Source: Azolla caroliniana (taxonomy: Eukaryota > Plantae > Polypodiophyta). From it: a stretch of 64,000 bases of DNA. Positions 49,001-61,800 of this stretch are shown one piece after another. The notes below the pieces were generated by a model that was given only the letters and a program-made list of their open reading frames with translations, was not told the origin of the DNA and ran no database searches. Position numbers and translations under genes: made by a program. Numbering within the stretch: position 1 is the first letter of the stretch; the number at the start of each line of letters is the position of its first letter. The stretch is taken from positions 6,324,001-6,388,000 of the forward strand of contig JBHGNT010000003.1 in NCBI GenBank assembly GCA_043228905.1, read 5' to 3'.

Positions 49001-51916
49001 CCAGTTGCGATGCTTTTACGCGCTGTGAAACGGCCATTTCCCGTTCCAACGCTTCCTGCGCTTGCCGTAACTCCCGGATTGCGTCTTTATCCGGTTCTAC
49101 TTCCGCCTCTTCCGGTTGCGGTAAGTACGGTGCTACGGCTTCAGCAATGTCAATTTCGAAGAGGGGTATGATCTTCGGGTTTTCCTGCAGGTATTGAGCT
49201 TCTTCTTCGTCCGCTAACCCTTCGAGCATGTTGACGCATTCCGCATACAACGGTGTACATTCCTTGCCAGTGCTCGTCCTTGGCTGTGTTGGTACCCGTA
49301 CCTTGGCTTTTCCTCGCCGGAAGGTAATTATATTTTTTCGCCAATTCTGTTTGATATGTGCCGTTTTCAACCATGGCCGCCCCAGCAATAGCGGGTATGC
49401 GCCTTGTGCCTGTAATTGTACCACTACGGCCGAGATGTGAAATGTATGCCCGCCGACGGTCACTTCTAATTTCCGTATTAATCCTGTCGGCCGCACTGAG
49501 CTTGTATCGGCCATCCGCAACCAGAACGGACACGGCTCCCACTCGTGGATTCCTAGGTCATCACACGTCCGGAGGCTTATTACATTTACCCCAGAGCCTC
49601 CGTCTATAACTGTGCCGGGGAGTTCTCTCCCTTTTACAATGGCAGTGATTACCGAACTGCTGGTGTCTACCACTGTTGCTCCCTCCTCCGGATTCGAGAA
49701 GAGTACCGGTGCCGGTGATGGTTCTCCTGCCGTCATGGCCGTCTTCAGTCCTTCCGTGAATCTAGGCACGAGTTGTAGGAGTCTTCCTAGTGGTAACGTA
49801 ACCTGGCATTCTTGCAACGCCTGCCATGTCTCGTTCTCGGAGTGACTACCGCCGGCAAGCCCTGCGGTGTTCTCCTTTTGCTGTTGTAAGTCTGTGACAT
49901 TCTGCTTGTTTGCTTTCTTTACCCATTCCGTTACTTGTTTGCGGATGGTCTCCTGTGTCTCCCATTCTTTGGCCATGCCCTTCGACCTTGTGGTCACCTG
50001 CTGCAGGTCTGCCACCTCAGGGAGTACCATATTTACCGCCGGTCGTTTTTCATAGCTCTTCACCGGGCATTGGTTACTATAATGGCCTTCATGTCGGCAG
50101 TAGTAGCAGTACGCCTTCCGGGTATTGCTAGATTTGGCATTGTCTGTTGTGCCCGGGGCAGGTCCTACGGTACGCGCGGGGTATTGTACCGGTTGGCTAC
50201 TTGGAGCTCCTTGTTCCGGATCCCGGGGGTAGCCGCCTTTTTTAAAATGCCGTTTTTTGTTATAGGTTTTCTTATTACGGTACTCTTGACGGGGTTGACC
50301 GTTATATCTGCCGTATTCCTCCCGTTGCTGACGATACCCGCGGGAGTGCTCCCGGTCGTACTTTTCGTATCGTCTATTGTAATCCTGGTACCGATCATGC
50401 CGGTCATAGTTATCTCGCCGATCACCGTACCGGACATCATTTTCCCGTCGCTCGCCGTACCGGACATCATTTTCCCGTCGCTCGCCATACCGGACATCCT
50501 GTGCCGGTCGGTCACGGTCCATTCGCCGCTAGCGTTCGTCTTCTTCATCCCGGCTGCTGCGTGGCTCAATTTGTCGGACGGGCGGTGCTTGCCGAGTCAA
50601 CAGATTATACTCGCACCTATCCGTCGTATGGCTCTTGGATTGACAGATTACACATTGCGTCCTCATAGTGCATTCTAGAGCCGAGTGTCCGGAATTCAAG
50701 CAGGTTGTGCACTGTATTGCTTGCCGAAACCGAAGGTCCTCATCGGATGATAACGCTCGTTGAAGTGCACCCAGTGTGAGCCAGGAGCTTGTCTTTTCCA
50801 TCTCTTTCACCCGGTCAATGACCTGGTCGATGGTACTTGTGCGGAAATCGATTACCGTGCAAACCGTGCGTAGGGGTTCCTGGAGTGCGTTTAGGAATAT
50901 CGTCCGTAATTCCTCCTCCAGGGGTGCACGGGCAAGCTGACTATGCATCCGTTGAAACCGGATGACAAATTGGGGAATGCTCTCCCCTGCCTCTTGCCGG
51001 ATGGTATAAAATAAGCCTACCATTACGGTCTGGTCCACCTCCTTTTGAAAAAAATGCATGAATTTAGCTTTTAAATCTGCAAAGGTGTTGATGGTAGACG
51101 GGTCCTGCGTCCGGCGCCATCTTGCTGCCAGTCCCTCCAATGTGACGCCAAACTCTGCTATCTTAGAGCGTTCTTCTTCTTCTAGGGTCAATTGTTGGGA
51201 CACATGGTTGGCTTCCCATGGCTGTTCAAAGGCGTGCACATGAGCTTCCGCGTCCGGATCATCTCTATACTTGGAGTACTGGAACGGCATGTCGTCGTCC
51301 GGTATCGGTGCGTGGGCTGGTAGTGTTGGTGCTCGTTCCGGAATTTTCTCCGGTGTCGGTGGTCTTTCCCGATTTGATTCCGGTGTCGGTTGTTTCTCTT
51401 CCTTTGGTGACGGAGGCCTCTCCTCTTCGACTTCCGGTGTCGGAGGTCGTTCTTCTTCTGCTGGTTCCGGGGGTTCCAGCGTTAGCACTTCCGGTTCCGG
51501 TTCCGGTGTCGATAAGGTATCCGATCCTTCGTCCTCCGGCCCGCCCGGGGTTTCGTTGTTGCTACGGTAGTTCGTGTGCACGTTGTATTCCCCTTCGAAG
51601 TCCGATTCATATGCTGAAAAGGCCTCTACTTCGCCTTCTCCGTTTGCCAACGCGTGGAGAAGGGATTCGGTTTCCCGGAGGCTGCTTAGGCTGCTGTCGT
51701 CGTCCGGGTGCGATGTTTGCTGTAACCAGAGGGAGTCCTCCGCTACTGTCCGGATTACGTTGGAAAACGAGCGATCCGCTCTAATTTCCTGCGCCGCTTG
51801 CTGGAAAGCCTCGCGTCTCCTTTGCCTTTCGGCAAGGCGTCGAGTTCGATCTGTAACCAGGTCGTGTGTTGATCTAGACATCCATCCGTGTCGTCGTTCG
51901 CTGCAAAAACAGGAAT

Positions 51917-51927
51917 CGTGGTCGCCA
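51917..51927 (-). other. primer binding site of gypsy copy 2 (tRNA-Arg-like)
   Basis: Minus strand TGGCGACCACG, 7 nt after the 5' LTR; complementary to a ...GTGGTCGCCA tRNA 3' end (plant tRNA-Arg type, from memory). Confidence 0.7.
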
Positions 51928-51934
51928 AAACCTA

Positions 51935-52367
51935 TGTTAACTCTTCGGGCCGGACAATGGCCTAACACAGGATGTCTACAGGAGACACTTCACCAAAGGG
52001 TGTTACGGCAACCGGATTAGACTTCAACGCTTAATCCGACTTAATCAAGTTACTTATTAGGATCGTCTTCATAACACGCGTAAGATATAACAATTAAGAC
52101 AGAACGGCAATTAACATAGAGAGATAACAATGCTTAAGCTTTCATTAATTAACCGCTAACTATTACATTGTATCCGGGCCTTTAAATAGGTTTCCGGTTT
52201 GTATTACAAAACGGTGCCATCCGCACCTGTTCGGGATCGGTCCGGATCCGGAACGGCATACCGATTCTGGTCCGTCCGTCCACACTCATAGCTTAATTAC
52301 AACCACATTCCTACTACTTAATTAGCTCTCCATTTCCCACTCTGGACTCCTTTGCCAGCCGGTAACA
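51935..52367 (-). repeat. gypsy copy 2 5' LTR
   Basis: TGTTAAC...GGTAACA, 433 bp, adjacent to the PBS. Confidence 0.95.
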
Positions 52368-55146
52368 AGTCGATATACACGTTAGTGGTTCATTTGGTCG
52401 GCAAGCGCTGTCGGTTGTAAGCGGGCCTAACCGGTCCTGCGCGTGCGCTCTTCCTCCCACCCCGTCTTCTTCTTTATCTTGCTCCTCGGTTCAGGGTCCC
52501 CGCGGTCCCGCCTTATTTCCTATGCGAAAGCGGAACATAGGTGCCACATATTCTATTTACTAGGTTCTCCAAAAGGTCATGTCTAGAAACTTTAACATAT
52601 GCTCTAACAAACTGAGCTATTGAAGTAACATTTTTCTATGACAAAAAATTGATATATTCACTATTAATGATTGAGATTTATATTTCAATATTCTCATTTA
52701 ACAATTATTTTATTGTATAATCATTGTAAGGAAAACTTTAACCTCCCAACATCTGGTTAAGGGCCTTAACCATAGCGCGGTTGTTCAAGATTGGTGGTTG
52801 AGATTTGTAGTTGTCGCTTTATAGGTTCAAATCTCAAATCTCATCTAATAATCTTTTATTTGTACAATCGCTCCAAGGAGGGCTTGAACCTCCGACCTTA
52901 TGGTTAACAGCCATATGCTCTAACCAACTAAGCTATTGAAGAAACATTTTTGTATAGACAAAAAAATAAAATGTTCACTATTAATGATCGAGATTTGTAG
53001 TTCAAATTTGATAAGGTCGAACCCCATCTGACAATGATTTTATTGCATAATCACTACAAGGAAAACTTTAACCTCTAAACCTATGGTTAAGGGCCACGTG
53101 CATACTACTTGAATTGTTCAAGATTAGTGGTTGAGATTTGTAGTTGTCGGTTTATAGGTTCGAATCTCGAATCTCATATGAGAATCTTTTGTTTCTACAA
53201 TCACTCCAAGGAGGGCTTGAACCTCTGACCTTCTGGTTAACAGCCATATGCTCTAATCAACTAAGCTATTCAAGCGACATTTTCGTATAACAAAATGAAA
53301 TTTCACTATTAATGTTCGAGATTTGTAGTTCAAATTTAATAGGGTCAAATCCCATTTGACAATGATTTTATTGTATAATCACTGTGTCCACAACTTTAAC
53401 CTCCAAACCTATGGTTAAGGGCCATATATGTATTACCTGAACTATTCAAGATTAGTGATTGAGAATTGTAGTAGTCATTTATAGGTTCAAATGTTGAATC
53501 TCATTTGAGGCCTTGAACCTGCAACCTTATGGTTAACCATACGCTCTAACCAACTAAGCTATTGAAGTGATACATTTATGTCAGAAACAATTGAAATGTT
53601 CAGTATAAATGGCCGAGATTTAGACTTCATATTTGATAGGGTCGAGTTCCATTTGCATCTAAAATCAGTTCAAGGGTAACTTTAACCACCAAACTTATGG
53701 TTAAGTACCATATGAGTTCCATTTGCATCTAAAATCAGTTCAAGGGTAACTTTAACCACCAAACTTATGGTTAAGTACCATATGCATAGCTGAATTGATT
53801 CAAGATTAGTGATCAAGATTTATAGTTGTCGCTTTATAGGTTGATATCGGTTTACATCTCGAATCTCATCTGAGAATTGGTGGTTTGTACAATCGCTCCA
53901 AGGAAGGCTTGAACCTCCAACCTTATGGTTAACAGCCATACGCTATAACCAACTGAGCTATTGAAGCAATATTTTTGTATCAAATTGAAATGTTCACTAT
54001 TAATGATCGAGATTTATAGTTCAAAGCTGATAGGGTCAAATCCCATTTCACAATGCTTTTATTGTATAATGACTGGGTCAAATCCCATTTCACAATGCTT
54101 TTATTGTATAATGACTGACTGGGTCAAATCCCATTTCACAATGCTTTTATTGTATAATGACTGTCAAGATAACCTTTACCTCCAAACTTATAGTTGAGGG
54201 CCATATACTAGCTAAATTGTTCAAGATTACTGGTTCACAATTGTAGTTGTCGCTTGTCAACCTTGACCTCCAAACTTATGGTAAACGACCATATGCATAG
54301 TTGAATTGTTCAAGTTATTAGTGATCGAGATTTGTAGTTTTCGCTTTACACGTTCGAATCTCGAAGCTCATATGAGAATCTTTTGTATGTACAATCGCTC
54401 CAAGGAGGGCTTGAACCTCCAACCTTATGGTTAACAGCAGCCATACGCTCTAACCAACTGAGCTATTGAAGCAATACATTTATGTATTGACAAACCATTG
54501 AAATGTTCTATATAAGTGGCCGAGATTTAGAGCTCATATTTGATTGGGTCAAGCTCCATTTACGTCTAAAATCACTTCAAGGGTAACTTTAACCACCAAA
54601 CTTATGGTTAAGTGCCATATGGATAGATGAATTGATTCAAGATTTGGGATCAAGATTTGTAGTTGTCGCTTTATAGGTTGATATCGGTTTTCATCTCGAA
54701 TATCATCTGAGAATTGGTGGTTTGTAGAATCGCTCCAAGGAAGGCTTGAACCTCCTACCGTATGGTTAAGGGCCATACGCTCTAACCAACTAAGCTATTG
54801 AAGCAATATTTTTGTATCAAATACAATTGAAATGTTCACTATTAATGATCAAGATTTATAGTTAAAAGTTGATAGGGTCAAATCCCATTTGACAATGATT
54901 TTATTGTATAATGACTGTCAAGGATAACCTTTACCTCCAAACTTATGGTTGAGGGACATATACGTAGCTGAATTGTTCAAGATTAGTGGTCGACAATTGT
55001 AGTTGTTGCCTGACAACCTTAACCTCCAAACTTATGGTAGAGGGCCATGAGTTAAATTGTTCAAGCTCTTAGTGATCGAGATTTGTAGTTTTCACTTTAT
55101 AGGTTCAAATCTCGAATCTCATCTGAGAATCTATTGTTTGTACAAT

Positions 55147-55220
55147 CGCTCCAAGGAGGGCTTGAACCTCCGACCTTATGGTTAACAACCATACGCTCTA
55201 AGCAACTGAGCTATTGAAGC
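55147..55220 (-). tRNA. tRNA-Asn(GTT), near-consensus copy (2 substitutions)
   Basis: Matches the array consensus except one anticodon-loop change and one D-loop change. Confidence 0.55.
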
Positions 55221-56700
55221 AAGATTTTTGTATGACCAGAAAATGAAATGTTCACAATTAATGTTCGAGATTTGTAGCTCAAATTTAATAGGTTCATGTC
55301 CCATTTCACAACGATTTTCTTGTATAATCACTGCAAGGACAACTTTAACCTCGAAATTTATAGATAAGGGGCATAAGCGTAGCTCACTTGTTCACGATTA
55401 GTGGTCGAGATTTCTAGTTATTATATTATAGGTTCAAATCGTGAATCTCATATGAGAATCTTTGTTTGTACAATCAGTCCAAGGAGGACTTGAAACTCCA
55501 ACCTTATGGTTAACAGTAATTTAGAGAAGAGAAATGCAATTCAAACCATCAACTTTTGAAGACTTAGATATCATTATTCCTAAAACAACTCTCCCAAACT
55601 AAATAGTTATTTCCCTACATACGAAAGTTCTAATTCGGCGTCTGGATATATGTGAGGGGCCAAGAGCCGTAGGTACCGCATATTCTATTTACCAGGTTCT
55701 CTAGAAGGTCATATCTAGAAACTTTAACATACGCTCTAACAAACTGAGCTATTGAAGTAACATTTTCCTATGACATAAAATTGAAATATTCACTATTAAT
55801 GATCGAGATTTATACTTCAAATTTGATAGAGTTAATTCCCATTTAACAATTATTTTACTGTATAATCACTGTAAGGAACACTTTAACCTCCCAACTTCTG
55901 ATTAAGGACCTTAAGCGTAGCACGGTTGTTCAAGATTAGTGGTCGAGATTTATAGTTGTCAACTTCTGGTTAAGCTCCTTAAGCGTAGCGCGGTTGTTCA
56001 AGATTAGTGGTCGAGATTTGTAGTTGTCGCTTTATAGGTTCAAATCTCAAATCTCATCTGAGAATCTTCTGTTTGTACAATCACTCCAAGGAGGGCTTGA
56101 ACCTCTAACCTTATGGTTAACAACCATACGCTCTAACCAACTAAGCTATTCAAACAACATTTTTGCATGCTAGACAAAAAAATGAAATGTTCACTATTAA
56201 TGATCGAGATTTCTAGTTCAAATTTGATAGGGTTGAATCCCATATGACAATGATTTTATTGTATAATCACTTCGAGGACAACTTTAACCTCCAAACCTAT
56301 GGTTAAGGGCCCTATGTGTACTACCTGAATTGTTCAAGATTAGTGGTTGAGATTTGTAGTTTTTGCTTTATAGGTTCAAGTCTCGAATCTCATCTAAGAA
56401 TCTTTTGTTTCTACAATCACTCCAAGGAGGGCTTGAACCTCCGACCTTATGGTTAAGGGCCATACACTCTAACCAACTAAGATATTCAAGCGACATTTTC
56501 GTATAACAAAATGAAATGTTCACTATTAATGATTGAGATTTGTAGGGTCAAACCCATTTGACAATGATTTTATTGTATAATCACTGCGTGGGCCATATGC
56601 ATATTACCTGAATTGTTCAAGATTAGTGGTTGATATTTGTAATTGTGGCTTTATAGGTTTGAATCTCAAATCTCATTTGAGAATGTTTTGTTTGTACAAT

Positions 56701-56774
56701 CGCTCCAAGGAGGGCTTGAACCTCCGACCTTATGGTTAACAGCCATACGCTCTAACCAACTGAGCTATTGAAGC
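56701..56774 (-). tRNA. tRNA-Asn(GTT), intact cloverleaf
   Basis: GCTTCAATAGCTCAGTTGGTTAGAGCGTATGGCTGTTAACCATAAGGTCGGAGGTTCAAGCCCTCCTTGGAGCG: acceptor GCTTCAA/TTGGAGC, D-stem GCTC/GAGC, anticodon stem TATGG/CCATA with loop CTGTTAA, T-stem GGAGG/CCTCC, discriminator G. Confidence 0.88.
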
Positions 56775-57416
56775 AATACATTTATGTCACAAATAATTGA
56801 AATGTTCAGTATAAATGGCTGAGATTTAGACTTCATATTTGATAGTGTCAAGTTCCATTTGCGTCTAAAATCATTTCAATGACAACTTTAACCCCCAAAC
56901 TTATAAGTGCCATATGCATAGCTGAATTTATTCAAGATTTGTAGTTGTCGCTTTATAGGTTGATATCGGTTTACATCTCGAATCTCATCTAAGAATCGGT
57001 GGTCTATACAATCACTCCGAGGAAGGCATGAACCTCCGACCTTCTGGTTAATAGCCATACGCTCTAACCAACTGAGTTATTGAAGCAATATTTTTGTATC
57101 AAATTAAAATGTTCACTATTAATGATCGAGATTTATAGTTCAAAGTTGATAGGGTCAAATCCCATTTGACAATGATTTTATTGTATAATGATTGTCAGGA
57201 TAACCTTTACCTCCAAACTTATGGATGAAGACCATATACGTAGCTGAATTGTTCAAGATTAGTGGTCGACAATTGTAGTTGTCACATGACAACCTTGACC
57301 TCCAAATTTATGGTAGAGGGCCATATGCGTAGTTGAATTGTTCAAGCGAGATTTGTAGTTTTCGCTTTATAGGTTAAAATCTCGAATCTCATCCGAGAAT
57401 GTTTTGTTTGTACAAT

Positions 57417-57490
57417 CGCTCCAAGGAGGGCTTGAACCTCCGACCTTATGGTTAACAGCCATACGCTCTAACCAACTGAGCTATTGAAGC
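57417..57490 (-). tRNA. tRNA-Asn(GTT), intact cloverleaf
   Basis: Identical to 56701-56774. Confidence 0.88.
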
Positions 57491-58459
57491 AATACATTTA
57501 TGTCACAAACAATTGAAATGTTCTTTATAATTGGCCGAGATTTAGAGTGCATATTTGATAGGTGAAGTTCCATTTGTGTTAAAATCACTTCAACGACAAC
57601 TTTAACCACCAAACTTATGGTTAAGTGCATATGTATAACTGAATTGATTCAAGATTTGTAGTTGTCGCTTTATAGGTTGATATCGGTTTACATCTCGAAT
57701 CTCATCTGAGAATCAGTGGTGTGTACAATTGCTCCAAGCAAGGCATGAACCTCCGACCTTATGGTTAATAGCCATGCACTCTAACCAACAAAGCTATTGA
57801 AGCAATACTTTTGTATCATATTGAAATGTTCACTATTAATGATTGAGATTTATAGTTCAAAGTTGATAGGGTCAAATCCCATTTCACAATGCTTTTATTG
57901 TATAATGACTGTTAGGATAACCATTACCTCCAAACTTATGGTTGAGGGACATATACATAGCTGAATTGTTCAAGATTAGTGGTCGACAATTGTAGTTCTC
58001 GCTTGACAACCTTAACCTCGAAACTTATGGTAGAGGGCCATAAGTTGTCACCTGATAACCTTTACCTCCAAACTTATGGTAGAGGGCCATATACGTAGCT
58101 AAATTGTTCAAGTTTAGTGGTCGACAATTGTAGTTGTCGCCTGATAACCTTAACCTCCAAACTTATGGTTAATAGCCATGCGCTCTAACCAATTGCGCTA
58201 TTGAAGCAATACTTTTGTATCATATTGAAACGTTCACTATTAATGATCGAGATTTATAGTTCATTGTTGATAGGGTCAAATCCGATTTGACAATGATTTT
58301 ATTGTATAATGACTGTCAGGATAACCTTTACCTCCAAACTTACGGTATAGGGCCATATGCGTAGTTCAATTGTTCAAGCTCTCAGTGATCAAGATTTGTA
58401 GTTGTCGCTTTATAGGTTCAAATCTGAAATCTCATCTGAGAATCTTTTGTTTGTACAAT

Positions 58460-58533
58460 CGCTCCAAGGAGGGCTTGAACCTCCGACCTTATGGTTAACA
58501 GCCATACGCTCTAACCAACTGAGCTATTGAAGC
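58460..58533 (-). tRNA. tRNA-Asn(GTT), intact cloverleaf
   Basis: Identical to 56701-56774. Confidence 0.88.
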
Positions 58534-58777
58534 AACATTTTTGTTTGTTACACAAAAAAGTGAAAGGTTCACTATTAATGATCGAGATTTGTAGTTCAAA
58601 TTTTGTAGGGTCAAATCCCATTTGACAATGATTTTATTGTATAATCATTGTGAGGACATCTATGGTTAAGGGCCATATGCGTACTACCTGAATTGTTCAA
58701 GATTAGTGGTTGAGATTTGTAGTTGTCTTATAGGTTCAAATCTCGAATCTCATTTGAGAATCTTTTGTTTGTACAAT

Positions 58778-58851
58778 CGCTCCAAGGAAGCCTTGAACCT
58801 CCGACCTTATGGTTAACAGCCATACGCTCTAACCAACTGAGCTATTGAAGC
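58778..58851 (-). tRNA. tRNA-Asn(GTT), T-arm variant
   Basis: Consensus except two T-arm substitutions (ggaagcc vs ggagggc on +). Confidence 0.55.
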
Positions 58852-61800
58852 AATACATTTATTTTACAAACAATGGAAATGTTCTGTAAAATGGTCGACA
58901 TTTAGAGTTCATATTTGATAGGATCAAATTCCATTTGCGTCTAAAATCACTTGAAGGACAACTTTAACCACTAAACTTATGGTTAAGTGCCATCTAAAAT
59001 CACTTCAAGGACAACTTTAACCACCAAACTTATCATTAAGTACCATATGCATAGTTGAGGAGCCGCAAGCCGTAGGTACCACGTATTATATTTCTCAGTT
59101 TGTCCAGTAGGTCATGTCTAGGAACTCCACCATACGCTCTAACCAACTGAGCTATTAAAGCAATATTTTTGTATGAGAAAAAATTGAAATTTTCACTATT
59201 AATGATCGAGATTTATAATTCAAATTTGATAGAGTTAATTCCTATTTAACAATTACTTTATTATATGATCACTATAAGGAAAACTTTAACCTCCCAACTT
59301 CTGGTTAAGGGCCTTAAGCGTAGCACTGTTGTTCACGATTAGTGGTCGAGATTTGTAATTGTCGCTTTATAGGTTCAAATCTTGAATTAGGCTATCAATT
59401 TGAACTACAAATCTCGATCATTAATAGAGTTGTTAACCATAAGGTCGGAGGTTCAAGCCCTCCCTGGAGCGATTGTGCAAACAAGAAGATTCTCAAATGA
59501 GATTCGAGATTTGAACCTATAAAGCGACAACTACAAATCTCGACCACTTATCTTGAACAACTGCGCTACACTTAAGGCCCTTAACCAGAAGGGTCGAATC
59601 CCATTTGACAATGATTTTATTGTATAATCACTGCAAGGACAACTTTAACCTCCAAACCTATGGTTAAGGACCATATGCATACTACCTGACTTGTTCAAGA
59701 TTAGTGGTTGATATTTGTAGTTGTCGCTTTATAGGTTCAAAAAATCACGAATCTCATTTGAGAATCTTTTTGTTTGTACAATTGCTCCAAGGAGGGCGAA
59801 ATGTACTGTAAAATGGCCAACATTTAGAGTTCAAATTTGATACGATCAAGTTGTATTTTTGTCTAAAATCAATTCAAGGACAACTTTAACCACCAAACTT
59901 TTGGTTAAGTGCCATCTAAAATCACTTCAAGGACAACTTTAACAACCTAACTTGTGGTTATGTACCGCATGCAGAGCTGAATTGATTCAAGATTAGTCAT
60001 CCAAGGAGAGCTTGAACTGCTGACCTATGGTTTGCCATACGCTCTAACCAACTAAGATATTGAAGCAATGTTTTTGCATTAACAAAAAATTGGAATGTTC
60101 ACTATTAATGAACGATATTTGTAAATTAAATTTGATAGGGTCAAGTCTGATTTGACAATAATTTTCTTGTATAATCATTAATATCATCTAAGAATCTTTT
60201 GATTGTACAATTGCTCCATGGAGGGCTTGAACCTCTAACCTTATGGTTAACAATCATATGGTCTAACCAACTAAGCTATTAAAGTACTACATTTGTATTA
60301 CAAAATATCTAGATATTTAATATCAATGGTCGAGATTTATAGTTCATATTTGAAGCAATACTTTTGTATAACAAACAATTGAAATGTTTTGTGTATATGG
60401 TCGAGATTTATTGTTCATATTTGATAGGGTCAAGTTCCATTTGCGTCTAAAATCACTTCAATAACAACTTTAACCTCCAAACTTATGGTTAACTGACATA
60501 TGAATAACTGAATCGATTCAAAAGTAGGGGTCAAGGTTACTTCAAGCACCACTTTAACCACCAAACTTATGGTTAAGTGCCATATGCATAGCTGAATTGT
60601 TTCAAGCTTAGTAGTTGTCACTTTATAGGTTCAAATCAGTTTAAATCTCTAATCTCATCTGAGAATCTTTTGTTTGTACAATCGCTCCAAGGAGCGGCTT
60701 GAACCTCCGACCTTACGATTAACAGTTATATGCTCTAACCTATTGAGCCATTGAAGCAATATGTTTGTATCTCAAACAACTGAAATGTGTCTAATATCAA
60801 TGATCGAGATTTGTAGTTCATATTTGATAGGGTCAAGTTCCGTTTGCATGTAAAATAACTTCAAGGAAACCCCCAAACTTATGATTAATGGACAGTCGTA
60901 TGACATTGCTGAATTGATTCAAGATTAGTGGTCAAGATATGTAGTTGTCGCTTTATAGGTTCGAATGTCGAATCTCATTCGAGGTGAAATCTTTATAGCT
61001 CCAAGGAGGGCTTGAACCTCCGATCTTATGGTTAAAAACCATACCCTCTAACCAACTGAGATATTGAAGCAACATTTTTGTATGACAAAAAATTGAAGTG
61101 TTCATTATTAATGAGCGAGATTTGAGTAAAAATTTGATAGGGTCATTTCCCATTTGACAATGATTTTCTTGTATAATCACTGGAAGGACAACTTCAACCT
61201 CCAAACTTATGGTTAAGGTCCATATGCGTAGCTCAATTGTTCAAGATTAGTGGTCGAGATTTGTAGTTGTTATTTTATAGGTTCAAATCTCGAATCTCAT
61301 CTGAGAATCTTTTGTTTGTACAATTGCTCCAAGGAGGGCTTGCCCTTGAGGCTTCGACCTTATGATTAACAGTAATTCAAAGAAGAGAAAATAGGATTCG
61401 AACCCTCAACTTTTGCTCTTAGAGATCATTATTTCGGGAACGCCTCTCCCAAACTAAATAGTTATTTCCCTGCGTAGGACAGTTCCAATGCGGGGTCTGT
61501 ACCTAGTTGAGGGGCCGTGAGTCGTAGGTACCACGTATTCTATTTCCCAGTTTCTCTAGTAGGTCATGGTTTGGAACTCCAACATATGCTCTAACCAACT
61601 GAGCTAGTTAAGCAATATTTTTGTATGAGAAAAAATTGAAATGATCGAGATTTATAGTTCAAACTTGATAGGGTCAAGTCCCATTTGACAATGATTTTAT
61701 TGTATAATCACTGTCAGGACAACCTTAACCTCCAAACTTATGGTTGAGGGCCATATACTTAGCTGAATTGTTTAATAGTCGAGAATTGTAGTTGTCGCCT

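Larger units (their letters stand above)
37139..51900 (-). pseudogene. gypsy gag-pol, copy 2 (single frame, three premature TAG stops, interrupted by DNA transposon in integrase)
   Basis: gag (50529-51900, zinc knuckles), protease VIDGGSGVN, RT, RH, IN. In-frame TAG stops at 50529, 48837 and 48096; integrase split at 38133/47068. Confidence 0.92.
33548..52367 (-). mobile_element. Ty3/gypsy retrotransposon copy 2, full length with both LTRs (9.9 kb plus 8.9-kb nested insert)
   Basis: 433-bp LTRs at 51935-52367 (5') and 33548-33980 (3'), about 11 differences by eye; PBS; gag-PR-RT-RH-IN; extra 3' ORF. Confidence 0.96.
32903..52537. mobile_element. LTR-like segment (~0.8 kb: 32903-33547 + 52368-52537) inserted in the array and split by gypsy copy 2
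   Basis: TGTT...AACA ends, TATA (CCTATAAAAGGGG ~33135) and a (CT)n tract. Flanks rejoin to the array sequence gccaagagccgtaggtacc seen intact at ~55659-55677. No clean TSD. Confidence 0.55.

Noticed and set aside
49150-52020. Numerous antisense and overlapping ORFs in gypsy and copia regions
   Set aside because: Shadow ORFs of GC-rich coding sequence with no independent motifs.
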